A stretch of DNA of 64,000 nucleotides from Clostridia bacterium (GCA_017550315.1 JAFZPN010000054.1:1766-65765); one strand, 5' to 3'. Shown: positions 53,720 to 63,823, numbered from the stretch's first letter. Notes: generated by a model not told the origin, from the letters alone. Made by a program: numbers and translations.

Positions 53720-55708
53720 ATGAACGAAGAACTGTACAGAATCATCACCTCCCACGAGCACCGCGCGCTCCGCGGACCTGCCTTGCCGGACCTTTCGGCA
53801 GAATATGCGGCCGAGGGTCTCTCTCCCCGCGCGCGGATGTCGGACCGCTTCGTCCGCCTGATGGACGCGGAGACGCCGCACATCCTCCCGGGGCAGAAGA
53901 TCGTCTTCCTCCGCACGGTTCCGAAGCCGTATGACTGCTTCACCGAGGCGGAGTGGGCCGAGATCCAATCGAAGCACTTCATCCATGAACTCGGATACAT
54001 CTCGAACATCTGCCCGGATCACGGCTTCCTCCTCAAAATCGGGCTGGAAGCTGCGAAGGATTTCGCGGATGAGTACGGGCGGGCGGACATCGACGCGCTC
54101 CTGCGTCTGGTGGAGAGGTACCGCGCGCTCGCCGTCAAAGAGGGCCGGGACGACGTCGCCGAAGTCCTCGCGAAGGTCCCCGCCAAACCTGCCGAGACCT
54201 TCCGGGAAGCCTTACAGTTCTTCCGCATCGTCCACTTCGCGCTCTGGGCCGAGGGGAATTATCACAACACCGTCGGGCGGTTCGACAAGTGGATGATGCC
54301 CTATCTGCGGCACGATCTCGACGCCGGGATCCTCGATGAGGACGAGGCATACGAGCTGCTGCTCGACTTCTTCCTCTCCTTCAACATCGACTCCGATCTC
54401 TACAACGGCATCCAGCAGGGCGACAACGGGCAGTCCATGATGCTCGGCGGCGACGACGGCGCGGGCGGACGGATCTGGAACGACCTCACCGAGCTGTGCC
54501 TCCGCGCTTCGGGAGAGCTCAAGCTGATCGACCCGAAGATCAATCTGCGCATATCAAAGAAGACGCCGCTCTCCATCTATGAAGAGGGGACGAAGCTCAC
54601 GAAGGTCGGGCTCGGCTTTCCGCAGTACTCGAACGACGACACCGTGATCCCCGCGCTCGTGAAGCTCGGATACGATCCGGCGGACGCGGCGGACTACACC
54701 GTGGCAGCGTGCTGGGAATTCATCATCCCGGGCAAGGGCATGGAGATCGCGAACATCGGCGCGATGAGTTATCCGCTTGCTGTCGACCGTGCGTTCCACA
54801 CTTCCCTGCTTTCTGCCGAAACCTTTGACGATTTCGCCGCCGCCGTGAAGCGCGAGATCCGCGCCCAGGCCGAGGAGATCATGGCGAAGGTGCACGACCT
54901 CTGGTTCGTCCCGTCCCCCTTCCTCGATCTGCTCTACGGCGGGCGGGATATTTCACAGGGAAACAAATACAACAATTTCGGCATCCACGGGACGGGCATC
55001 TCCTGTGCCGCCGATTCGCTCGCGGCGATCAAGAAATATGTCTATGACGAGAAGGCCGTCTCGAAGGAAGATTATCTCGCCGCCGTCGACGCGGACTTTG
55101 CCGGATACGACGAACTTCTCCACCGGCTGCGCTACGAGTCCCCGAAGGTCGGATGCGGAAACGAGGAGGCGGACCGCTTGCTCGTCTGGCTGACGGAGGC
55201 CTTCCACGACGCTCTCGACGGACGGCGGAACGAACGCGGCGGGATCTGGCGCGCGGGGACGGGATCGGCGATGTTCTATCTCTGGCACGCGGCCGAGATC
55301 GGGGCCTCCCCGGACGGACGGCGGAAGAACGAGCCCTTCGCGGCGAACTACTCGCCCTCCCTGTTCGCAAAGATCGACAATCCGCTGGGGATCGTAAAGA
55401 GCTTCACCGCGCCGGATCTGACGAAGGTCTGCAACGGCGGCCCGCTGACGCTCGAATTCGATTCCGGGATCTTCGCGGAGGAGGAAAACTGCTCGAAGGT
55501 CGCCGCGCTCGTGCGGTATTTCGTGCAGTCCGGCGGTCATCAATTGCAGCTCAACGCCGTCAGCCGTGAAGCCCTCCTCGACGCGCAGGCACATCCGGAG
55601 AAATACGGACGGCTCATCGTGCGGATCTGGGGATGGAGCGCGTATTTCGTGGAGCTGGATAAGGGTTTCCAGGATCACGTCATCCGGCGGCAGGAGTACC
55701 GCATGTGA
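53720..55708 (+). CDS. Glycyl radical enzyme (PFL-like superfamily), function unknown
   Basis: GRFDKW, Cys loop VAACWE, GASPDGR, HQLQLN, Gly loop IVRIWGWSAYFVEL. Confidence 0.85.
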   Translation: MNEELYRIITSHEHRALRGPALPDLSAEYAAEGLSPRARMSDRFVRLMDAETPHILPGQKIVFLRTVPKPYDCFTEAEWAEIQSKHFIHELGYISNICPDHGFLLKIGLEAAKDFADEYGRADIDALLRLVERYRALAVKEGRDDVAEVLAKVPAKPAETFREALQFFRIVHFALWAEGNYHNTVGRFDKWMMPYLRHDLDAGILDEDEAYELLLDFFLSFNIDSDLYNGIQQGDNGQSMMLGGDDGAGGRIWNDLTELCLRASGELKLIDPKINLRISKKTPLSIYEEGTKLTKVGLGFPQYSNDDTVIPALVKLGYDPADAADYTVAACWEFIIPGKGMEIANIGAMSYPLAVDRAFHTSLLSAETFDDFAAAVKREIRAQAEEIMAKVHDLWFVPSPFLDLLYGGRDISQGNKYNNFGIHGTGISCAADSLAAIKKYVYDEKAVSKEDYLAAVDADFAGYDELLHRLRYESPKVGCGNEEADRLLVWLTEAFHDALDGRRNERGGIWRAGTGSAMFYLWHAAEIGASPDGRRKNEPFAANYSPSLFAKIDNPLGIVKSFTAPDLTKVCNGGPLTLEFDSGIFAEEENCSKVAALVRYFVQSGGHQLQLNAVSREALLDAQAHPEKYGRLIVRIWGWSAYFVELDKGFQDHVIRRQEYRM

Positions 55709-55726
55709 CAACACAACCGAATACGC

Positions 55727-55757
55727 GAAAAGAGGCTGCCCGTCGACAGCCTCTTTG
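55727..55757. terminator. Bidirectional terminator
   Basis: aaaAGAGGCTG...CAGCCTCTtt. Confidence 0.7.
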
Positions 55758-55775
55758 CTAATTGCTTGGTAGGGA

Positions 55776-56444
55776 TCAATAATTCTCGGCGTTGACCTCG
55801 AAGTATGCCTGCGGATGCGCGCAGACGGGGCAGATCTCGGGAGCCGTCGTACCGACAACGATGTGGCCGCAGTTCCGGCATTCCCAGACCTTGACGGAGC
55901 TCTTCTTGAACACTTCCTGCGCTTCGACGTTCTTGAGCAGCGCGCGGTACCGCTCTTCGTGGTGCTTCTCGATCGCCGCGACGCCGCGGAATTTCGCCGC
56001 GAGTTCCGGGAATCCTTCGGCCTCCGCGGTCTTCGCGAAGCCTTCGTACATGTCGGTCCACTCGAAGTTCTCACCGTCCGCCGCTGCCGCGAGGTTCTCC
56101 GCGGTCGAGCCGATGCCGTTCAGTTCCTTGAACCAGAGCTTGGCGTGTTCCTTTTCGTTCTCCGCCGACTTGAGGACCAGCGCGGAGATTTGCTCAAAGC
56201 CTTCCTTCTTCGCCGCGGATGCGAAATAGGTGTACTTGTTGCGTGCCTGGGACTCACCGGCAAACGCCGCTTCGAGGTTCTTCTCCGTCTGGGTGCCTGC
56301 GTAGGGATTCTTCTTCGCGGCCGGGGCTTCTTCGACGATCTCCTCGAGCATGTCGCCGTCGACGCCGCACACGGGGCAGACCGCCGTCTCGATGCTCTCC
56401 GCTTCAAAGATCTCGCCGCAGACCGTGCATTTGAATTTCTTCAT
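55776..56444 (-). CDS. rbr: Rubrerythrin with an additional N-terminal rubredoxin-like domain
   Basis: [21 protein letters not shown]-terminal CRNC and CPVC, N-terminal CTVC and CPVC. Confidence 0.9.
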   Translation of the reverse strand: MKKFKCTVCGEIFEAESIETAVCPVCGVDGDMLEEIVEEAPAAKKNPYAGTQTEKNLEAAFAGESQARNKYTYFASAAKKEGFEQISALVLKSAENEKEHAKLWFKELNGIGSTAENLAAAADGENFEWTDMYEGFAKTAEAEGFPELAAKFRGVAAIEKHHEERYRALLKNVEAQEVFKKSSVKVWECRNCGHIVVGTTAPEICPVCAHPQAYFEVNAENY

Positions 56445-56733
56445 GGTTGTATTCTCCTTTGAGTGATTTGATTTCCGTTTGTTCCGGAGCATGCGCCCCG
56501 GCTCTGTTTTGATTATACCATAATTTCGCGGTCCATGCAAGAGCAATCGGACGGATTTCGTGAAGTTTTCAAAGAACTATGAAAAAATGTCGAGTCGGTT
56601 TTGATTCTGTGAGCTTGATGAGGAAAAAGTTCACCGACCGTTCACGAAAAACCGTCTTCCCTGCCATATCCAGGGACTATAATGAATTCGTTAGCAACGG
56701 AACATCCATCCAAACGACAGAAAGGACAGAATC

Positions 56734-58221
56734 ATGCTGAAAAAATGGCTTTGCCTGATGCTGGCCGCGCTGCTTCTCTTCGCCTCCTGCGCGAGCGGGG
56801 ACAAACCCGGCGACAGCGGTCAGACCACCGGCGGCACCGAACAGAACACCCCGGCGGACGGCGGTGAAGACGCGGTCCCCGAGACCGAAGCCCCGGAGAC
56901 CGAAGATCCCGCGACGATCTTTGACCTCGAGGTGAAGAACTTCGACGGCAAGACGGTCGGCATTCTCGGCACCAACTGGTACAACATCGCGTCCAACTGG
57001 ACCTCTCCCGAGCTCAAGGTCACCGAGCTCACCGGCGAGGCGATGAACGACGCGGTGTACACGCGCAACCTGAACATGGAATCGAAGTACAACATCTCCT
57101 TCAATGTGGTGGACGGCGGCGCGTACCTCGACGGAACGATCAAGAACGACTATCTCGCCGGGACCGCGACCTATGACATCGCCTTCCCGCGCATCTCCGA
57201 GATGAACAACGTGGCGCAGGACGGTCTGGTGTTCGACATGAACAAGATCGACAGCCTCGACCTCTCGAAGACCTGGTGGAGCCAGTTCGCGCGCGAGTCC
57301 CTGACGATCCACGACGCGATCTTCTTCATCTCCGGCGACATGAACTTCATGGACAAGTGGACCGCGGTCTGCATGTTCGTCAACAAGAACGTCGCGGCGG
57401 GCTACAATTTCACGGCGGATGAGCTCTACGACCTCGTCGACGCGGGCAAGTGGACCATCGACAAGTTCTCCGAATACACCAACGCCGTGACGAACGATTC
57501 GAGCGGCGACGGCAATCTCGACCAGAAGGACACCTGGGGCTGCACGGCGAACGCCTCCTATCTCGGCAACTTCCTGCACGCATGGGCCGATCCCTACACC
57601 AAGGTCGTCGACAAGGAGCTCGTCTTCAACCTCGACAACGAATTCACCTATGCCGCGATCGACCGGATCATCGACGTCATGAACAACAACGTCATCTTCG
57701 CGGGCAGCTGGGATGTGGCGGAACCCGTCTTCACCGCGGGCCGCGCGCTCTTCTTCATCGAAGTCACGCAGAAGCTGGCGAACTTCCGTACCCTCGAATA
57801 CGACTTCGGCGTCCTGCCGATGGTGAAGTACGACGAGGCGCAGGAGGATTACCGCACCACCTGCGCGACCCTCGCCCAGATGGTATGCATCCCGAAGACC
57901 ACGTCCGACAAGGAATTCGCGGGCTACATCCTGCAGGCCATGGGCTATGAATCCAGCCTGACCATCGCGCCGGCCTACATCGAAAACGCCCTCGAATCCA
58001 AGTTCGCCCGCGACGAGCGCACCGCCGACATGCTCGGCTACATCTTCCGCGGCATGGACTATGACATCGGCTATCAGAACGGTATGGGCGGCGTGAGCGG
58101 ACAGGTCGACAACATGATCTCCTCCCGCGAGAACACCGCGGCCTCCAAGTTCGCGGCTGTCGCCAAGGTCATGTCCAAATCCCTCGAAAAGGTCAACGCG
58201 GCCTACGCAAACGCGGAATAA
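56734..58221 (+). CDS. Extracellular solute-binding lipoprotein
   Basis: Lipobox FASC, DSSGDG motif, DFGVLPMVKYDEAQ. Confidence 0.85.
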   Translation: MLKKWLCLMLAALLLFASCASGDKPGDSGQTTGGTEQNTPADGGEDAVPETEAPETEDPATIFDLEVKNFDGKTVGILGTNWYNIASNWTSPELKVTELTGEAMNDAVYTRNLNMESKYNISFNVVDGGAYLDGTIKNDYLAGTATYDIAFPRISEMNNVAQDGLVFDMNKIDSLDLSKTWWSQFARESLTIHDAIFFISGDMNFMDKWTAVCMFVNKNVAAGYNFTADELYDLVDAGKWTIDKFSEYTNAVTNDSSGDGNLDQKDTWGCTANASYLGNFLHAWADPYTKVVDKELVFNLDNEFTYAAIDRIIDVMNNNVIFAGSWDVAEPVFTAGRALFFIEVTQKLANFRTLEYDFGVLPMVKYDEAQEDYRTTCATLAQMVCIPKTTSDKEFAGYILQAMGYESSLTIAPAYIENALESKFARDERTADMLGYIFRGMDYDIGYQNGMGGVSGQVDNMISSRENTAASKFAAVAKVMSKSLEKVNAAYANAE

Positions 58222-58242
58222 GATCCCGATTCTCTCCCATAA

Positions 58243-58274
58243 GGCTGCCGTATAAAACGCGGCAGTCTTTTTTT
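58243..58274 (+). terminator. Intrinsic terminator
   Basis: GGCTGCCG...CGGCAGTC followed by a T run. Confidence 0.75.
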
Positions 58275-58325
58275 GCGCTCCCTCTTGCTTTTTCAGCGGC
58301 GATGTGATAGAATAGTACCGGGAAA

Positions 58326-58341
58326 GTAAGCGTCCGCTAAC
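58326..58341 (+). promoter_or_regulatory. Putative DtxR/MntR-type metal-repressor operator upstream of the ZIP transporter
   Basis: Near-palindrome GTAAGC-gtcc-GCTAAC just downstream of a TTGCTT...TAGAAT promoter. Confidence 0.4.
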
Positions 58342-58525
58342 CGCAAACGGAGACGCGCACGCTTTCCCGTTTGACGCATACCATGAAAGATGAGCGGGAT
58401 ACGCTCGGCTCCGGCAGCAAGAGAGCGCCGGAGGATGTGCCGTGGCGGAGGGAGGACATGTAAATGAAGACAAGAATCACAACCCGGGCCCACGTGTCCG
58501 GAACGATACGGGAGGAGGGATCGGA

Positions 58526-59308
58526 ATGCTCGGTCAGGTGACGCTCGGCGTGCTGATTCCCTTCCTCGGCACCTCGCTCGGCGCGGCATGCGTGTTTTTC
58601 ATGGGAGGAAGAATGAAGGAACGTCTCAGCCGCGCGCTGACGGGATTTGCCGCCGGGATCATGGTTTCGGCGTCGTTTTTCAGCTTGATCGTGCCCGCGC
58701 TGGAGCTGACGGAATCGTCGGGGCGGCTCTTGTTTCTGCCGGCTGCCGTCGGATTTCTCATCGGGATGCTGTTCCTGCTGGTCCTCGACGCAGCGGTACC
58801 CCACATGCACATGGAGGGGACGGAGGAAGGCAAGGGCGGCAGCGGACTGAAGCGGACCACCAAACTCGTGCTCGCCGTGACCCTGCACAATCTGCCGGAG
58901 GGCATGGCGGTCGGCGTGGTATACGCGGGCTGGCTCTGGGGCAACGAGAAGATCACGGTCATGGGTGCCTTGGCGCTCTCGCTCGGGATCGCGCTGCAGA
59001 ACTTCCCGGAGGGGGCAATCGTGTCGATGCCGCTCTGCGCGGAGGGGATGCCGAAGGGGAAAACCTTCCTCATGGGCGTGCTCTCCGGCATCGTGGAGCC
59101 GATCGGCGCCTTTGTCACGATCCTCGCGGCGGGGGTCCTGCTCCCGGTCCTGCCGTATCTGTTGAGCTTTGCGGCGGGCGCGATGATCTACGTCGTGATC
59201 GAGGAACTGATCCCGGAGATGTCGGAGGGCGAGCACTCGAACATCGGAACGGTGTGCTTTGCCGTAGGCTTTGTGATGATGCTGGCGCTCGACGTCGCGC
59301 TCGGATGA
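58526..59308 (+). CDS. ZIP family (ZupT/GufA) metal transporter
   Basis: GFAAGIM, PHMH, LHNLPEG, QNFPEG, FAAGAMIYVVIEELIPE. Confidence 0.9.
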   Translation: MLGQVTLGVLIPFLGTSLGAACVFFMGGRMKERLSRALTGFAAGIMVSASFFSLIVPALELTESSGRLLFLPAAVGFLIGMLFLLVLDAAVPHMHMEGTEEGKGGSGLKRTTKLVLAVTLHNLPEGMAVGVVYAGWLWGNEKITVMGALALSLGIALQNFPEGAIVSMPLCAEGMPKGKTFLMGVLSGIVEPIGAFVTILAAGVLLPVLPYLLSFAAGAMIYVVIEELIPEMSEGEHSNIGTVCFAVGFVMMLALDVALG

Positions 59309-59391
59309 CGGGGAAATTCCGTGCGGAACAGAATAAAACGCCTCCGGCGCGCGCATACTAACACGGGAATGCACATGCCGGAGGTTTATTG

Positions 59392-59532
59392 ATGGAATGG
59401 ATCCTGTTTTTTGCCGGGATGCTCGTGGGCGGGGTGCTCGGCGTGTTTCTCATGTGTCTCTGCGTTCTTGCCGGGGAGGAAATGCGCCGGGAGGAACACC
59501 GGGACTTCTATGACGATCGGAAAGCGCGGTGA
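59392..59532 (+). CDS. 46-aa small membrane protein (DUF3789-like)
   Basis: Below the ORF-track cutoff. GGAGG RBS; MEWILFFAGMLVGGVLGVFLMCLCVLAGEEMRREEHRDFYDDRKAR*. Confidence 0.65.
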   Translation: MEWILFFAGMLVGGVLGVFLMCLCVLAGEEMRREEHRDFYDDRKAR

Positions 59533-59560
59533 CGATCCGCGCTTTTTTGGTTCCGGGCGA

Positions 59561-60955
59561 TCATTCGTCTTTATACAGTTCGAGCATGTTCAAGAGCTTC
59601 TTGTAGCAGTCGTCGAAGGGCTTGTTCCCCTTGATATACGGCTTCATCTCGTCCCAGACGGACTGGAGGAGCACGGGCGGACGGATGCAGACGCGGTCAA
59701 ATTTCGACATGATCTCCTGAAACACCGGGATATCGGGAGCGGCAAATCCGTCGTAGTAGTCGTAGTTCAGATAGAGCGGGACCGCGGAGAGACGCACGGG
59801 ATTCCTCCCGATGATCGCGTCCGCATTTCCCTGCACCTCGTCCGACAGGAGAATTTTCAGCATCCGCCATGCGTTCAGCTTGTTTGGGGAGTTTTTCAGG
59901 ATCGCGCCGAAGTCGCTGATCATCGTGGACTTTCCGCCTTCCGCCGAAGGAGGCGCCAGGAGCACCGTCGTTTCGCCGCCGTTTTTCAGACCGTATTGAA
60001 ACGAATCGAGCATCAACGAGGAGGAGACGAAGTTGGAGAAGATGGCTTCCCGTTTCAGAATCGCGCCGTAGGCAATATATGCGCCGTCCGCGTAGTCCAG
60101 CTTGCACGGATCGTTTCCGGCGTAGAGGCGGCACAGATCGATCATCTTCCGGAACGCCTGTTCGTCGACCGACACCGCGGCGTTCTCATAGTCGATCATG
60201 CGGAAGCCTGACGCCGTGTAGAGGGCGGAAAACGTCGACGTATCGTTGTCGTGCGGCCCCATGTCGGGGATGACGGTGCTCTCCGGGTAGAGGTCGTGGA
60301 ACTTCGTGCAGGCGTCGAGAAAGCCGTCAAACGTGTCGAGGTCCTCCGCCGTGACCCCGATTTCGGCAAGAAGCTCTTCACTTGTCGCCAGAATCATGGG
60401 ATGGTGGGTCACAGGGATAAAATACCGGCTCCCCCGGAACAGTCCGCCGTCGAAGATGCCGCGGATGAAGTCGTCCGGATCGATCTCCTCGTCGGCGTAA
60501 AGATAGGGGTTCAGGTCCTCGAACAGCCCGGTCGACACGGTTTTGTAGACGTCGGGAAGATCGGATATGCTCGTGAAGAGGAGGTCCGGTCCTTTTCCCG
60601 CCGGGATCTCCGCGCGGATCCGCGTTTCGTATTCCTCCGCACCGAGCTTCTGCCATTCGACGTGTACATCGGGATAAAGCTGCTCGAAGACGGCCACGGC
60701 ATACTGCATGGTGATGGTCAGCATATCCGCGGAATAGAGGACAAGCGTGTCGGTCTCCCCGGGCATTGCAAACCATGAGTAATCCGGTTCGGTTTCAGGG
60801 GCTTCTTCGCCATCTGCGTTCTGTACAGAACTCTGCGCCGGTTTTGCGGTATTTGTCCCGCTTCCGGCGGAGGAAGGCGTGTCCACGCTTTCACAGGCTG
60901 CGAAACACGGCAGGAACAGGGTCAGCGCGAGGAGGAGGAAAAGAATGCGTTTCAT
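59561..60955 (-). CDS. Extracellular solute-binding lipoprotein (family 1 type)
   Basis: Lipobox FAAC, GKGPDL, FEDLNPYL, AWRMLKILLS. Confidence 0.82.
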   Translation of the reverse strand: MKRILFLLLALTLFLPCFAACESVDTPSSAGSGTNTAKPAQSSVQNADGEEAPETEPDYSWFAMPGETDTLVLYSADMLTITMQYAVAVFEQLYPDVHVEWQKLGAEEYETRIRAEIPAGKGPDLLFTSISDLPDVYKTVSTGLFEDLNPYLYADEEIDPDDFIRGIFDGGLFRGSRYFIPVTHHPMILATSEELLAEIGVTAEDLDTFDGFLDACTKFHDLYPESTVIPDMGPHDNDTSTFSALYTASGFRMIDYENAAVSVDEQAFRKMIDLCRLYAGNDPCKLDYADGAYIAYGAILKREAIFSNFVSSSLMLDSFQYGLKNGGETTVLLAPPSAEGGKSTMISDFGAILKNSPNKLNAWRMLKILLSDEVQGNADAIIGRNPVRLSAVPLYLNYDYYDGFAAPDIPVFQEIMSKFDRVCIRPPVLLQSVWDEMKPYIKGNKPFDDCYKKLLNMLELYKDE

Positions 60956-61056
60956 AAGTTCCTCCCGAAAGGTTCGGTTTGTTCCATTATAGCACAGAAA
61001 AGATGTTCTGTAAATAGCGTGAGAAAAAAACGGATGAAAAACATTAAATTTCCGTC

Positions 61057-62151
61057 TTAGCGCCCCGCCATCGGCGTGAGATCGGCGGCCATGCTCTGCG
61101 CGCGGATCGAGAGCTCCGCCGCTTTGAAGGCGTGCTCCTGCGTCATCGCGCGCTCGGTGCGTTCGAAGCAGTCGAGGATGAGATCGCCGAAAAACGGGAA
61201 TCCCGTGACGCCCGCCGCGCGGATCTTCTGCTCGCCGTCGCCGTTTACGAGGAAGAGGTGATTCCCCTCCGCGCGGTCCGCCGCCACGTCGATGAATTTG
61301 CGCATTTCGATATACCCCTTCGTCCCGAGGATCAGCGTGCGGCCGTCTCCCCAGGTGCGCAGGCCGTCAGGCGTGAACCAGTCGACGCGGAAGTAGTTCG
61401 TCGTACCGTTTTTGCCGGTGAGCGCGCAGTCGCCGAAGTCGTCGAATTCCGGCGTGTCCGGATGGGCATAGTTCGCGATGCGGGCCAAGGCGATACCGGC
61501 ATCCTCCTCCCCGGCGTAGGACAGATACTGCTCGATCTGATGGCTCCCGATGTCGCAGAGGATCCCGCCCGACGGCTCGCGCCGCCAGAACCATGCGGGT
61601 CTTCCCTCCCGCCCTCCGATCCGGTGCGGTCCGAAGCCCGAGACAGAGAGCACCCGCCCGATGAGGCCGTCTTCGATCAGCATTCCCGCGAGGACCGCGC
61701 ACTCGACGTGGAGCCGCTCGGAATAGTAGACCATGTACTTTCGTCCCGTGCGGCGGACCGCTTCGCGTGCGGCATCGAGCTGGGAGAGCGTCGTCATCGG
61801 GGCTTTGTCGGTGAAATAGTCCTTCCCCGCGGCCATCACCCGCAGTCCGAGCGCGCACCGTTCGTTCGTCACCGCCGCACCCGCGACCAGCCGGACTTCC
61901 GGATCGTCGAGGATCTCTTCCTCACATCGGGCTTCGGCGGTGCCCGGGAACGCGCGGAGAAAGTCTGCCCGCCGCTTCGGGTCCGGATCCCAGACGGATT
62001 TGAGCGTCCCGCCCGCTTCGATCAGGGCGCGCGTCATGCCGTAGATATGGCCGTGGTCGAGGTGCGCGGCGGAAAAGACGAATTCTCCCGGGGAGATGAC
62101 CGGTCCCGCCCGCTTGCCGCGCAGGTATTCTTGTCCGTTTTTCTCAAGCAT
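61057..62151 (-). CDS. Gfo/Idh/MocA family oxidoreductase
   Basis: LDHGHIYGM, GKDYFTDKAP, GGILCDIGSH; ATG 62151 after GGAGG. Confidence 0.85.
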   Translation of the reverse strand: MLEKNGQEYLRGKRAGPVISPGEFVFSAAHLDHGHIYGMTRALIEAGGTLKSVWDPDPKRRADFLRAFPGTAEARCEEEILDDPEVRLVAGAAVTNERCALGLRVMAAGKDYFTDKAPMTTLSQLDAAREAVRRTGRKYMVYYSERLHVECAVLAGMLIEDGLIGRVLSVSGFGPHRIGGREGRPAWFWRREPSGGILCDIGSHQIEQYLSYAGEEDAGIALARIANYAHPDTPEFDDFGDCALTGKNGTTNYFRVDWFTPDGLRTWGDGRTLILGTKGYIEMRKFIDVAADRAEGNHLFLVNGDGEQKIRAAGVTGFPFFGDLILDCFERTERAMTQEHAFKAAELSIRAQSMAADLTPMAGR

Positions 62152-62258
62152 AGCGTCCTCCGAAGGTGTGTTTTCTGTATTGCAGTACATCGGGCTGCCG
62201 AAATCCAGACAAAACAGCCGCAGATCCCGGAGGACCGCGGCTGTCTCGGGTGGATCCG

Positions 62259-63749
62259 TCAGTCGTAATAAGCGGCGAGGAATTTCTCGAAGGATTTCTT
62301 ATAGACTTTTTCCTTCGATTTATAGAGCGACGCGATGTTGGTGTTCTGCTCGATGACGTCGCGGATGATGAAGCCGCAGCGCTCGGACTGCACGGCATAC
62401 TCCGCCGCGAAGTCGAGCACGAGGCCCGCGCGGATGATGTCGAGCATGGACGCGCTTTCCTCATCGCGGGCGGTCTTGCCCTTCAAAACCTTGTCATAGT
62501 AGACCGGGATGACGGTCCGGCTGCCTTCGATACACATGGCCTCGGTGATGAGTCCGCAGAAAGCGGCGTCCGGTACGTCGATCGGGATGGCGAACATAGA
62601 GCGGCCGTCGCGGGAAGTGGTATAATACGCTTCCTGTGACTCGGTCCACTTCGGATAAGGCAGGATGCCGAAATCCGCGTCCATGTCGCGCATGATGATC
62701 GCATCCTCGAGGACGCTCGCGAAGAAGAGGCCGCGGCTCTCGGAGAAGATCCTGCGCGCGGGTTCCCGGCTGTCCCCGACGCCCTGATTGGTGAACCAGA
62801 CGTCCGGATTCTCATAGGCGAGCGCGCTCGCCAGCTCGGAGATCGAGACGATCTGATCGTTGTACAGATCCAGCTCGACGCCGCCGTCCGCATCGCGTTT
62901 CGTGTAGCGCACACCGAACGCGTTGTGGAGGTTGTCGAAAGTGAGGGCGTCATAATACACCGCGCCGTAGCTGTCGTCGACGGTCATCTTGCCGTCGCCG
63001 TCGAGGTCCACGGAGTGCCCGGCGATCATCGAGAGGTACTTGTCGAAGGTCCATGAACCGTCGAGAACCGCATCGTAGGGCGAGCCGATGGCATAATCCT
63101 GTGCCAGCTTCTTATTGAAGAAGAGCACCTGCATCTGCTCCCACATGTTGACGGCGATGTCGCCGGTGATCGCAAAGAGGCGGCCGTTGACCGTCAGTTC
63201 GTCGCGCAGGAGGGCGGACCACCAGCTCTTTTCCAGCTGCAGATTCGGGACCTCGCGCAGATTCAGATAAAGCCCGGACGAGAACCCGTTGCCGATCGTC
63301 GCGGCGTACCCGTCGATGAGGTCGTACGCGCCGTCGTTTGCCTGGACGGACGCACGGACAGTCGCGAGAAACTGATCGCGATCGCCCCATTCGCCGGCAA
63401 TCGGGATGGGTTCGATCTTTACGTCGTACCGCGCTTCGACAAGGGAATTCCGGTCAAAGACCGCGTCGTTGAAGACGTCGCCCGTCATCTCCTCGGTCCA
63501 GAGTTCGTAGAGATAGGCTTCCCGCGCAAGAAGGTGGAAGGAACGTCCGCCGTATTGATCGGAGGGCAGTTCCGAGAAAGGATCGTATTCCTCCTCCACG
63601 GTCGGTTCGGTTTCCGCGGCATCGGGCGTGCTGGCCGGGGTCGATGCGTCCGGTCGGGCTTCCCCCGGCTTTTCCGAGCAGGACGCGAGCACGAGCATCA
63701 AAAGGGCAAGCAGCCCCGCCGCGATCCGCAAAAAGAATGTTTGTTTCAT
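62259..63749 (-). CDS. Extracellular solute-binding lipoprotein
   Basis: Lipobox LASC, DLDGDG motif, DFGILPYPKWTESQ. Confidence 0.85.
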   Translation of the reverse strand: MKQTFFLRIAAGLLALLMLVLASCSEKPGEARPDASTPASTPDAAETEPTVEEEYDPFSELPSDQYGGRSFHLLAREAYLYELWTEEMTGDVFNDAVFDRNSLVEARYDVKIEPIPIAGEWGDRDQFLATVRASVQANDGAYDLIDGYAATIGNGFSSGLYLNLREVPNLQLEKSWWSALLRDELTVNGRLFAITGDIAVNMWEQMQVLFFNKKLAQDYAIGSPYDAVLDGSWTFDKYLSMIAGHSVDLDGDGKMTVDDSYGAVYYDALTFDNLHNAFGVRYTKRDADGGVELDLYNDQIVSISELASALAYENPDVWFTNQGVGDSREPARRIFSESRGLFFASVLEDAIIMRDMDADFGILPYPKWTESQEAYYTTSRDGRSMFAIPIDVPDAAFCGLITEAMCIEGSRTVIPVYYDKVLKGKTARDEESASMLDIIRAGLVLDFAAEYAVQSERCGFIIRDVIEQNTNIASLYKSKEKVYKKSFEKFLAAYYD

Positions 63750-63823
63750 GTTCTGTCTCCTTTCATCCGTTTCCCTTCCGGGAAGGTTCATCACGATGCT
63801 TTAGTACCTGGTATTGACGGAGA

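Noticed and set aside
53720-55708. Calling the glycyl radical enzyme pflB, cutC or hypD
   Set aside because: It lacks the PFL Cys-Cys pair and the GCVE-type loop, so no symbol can be supported.
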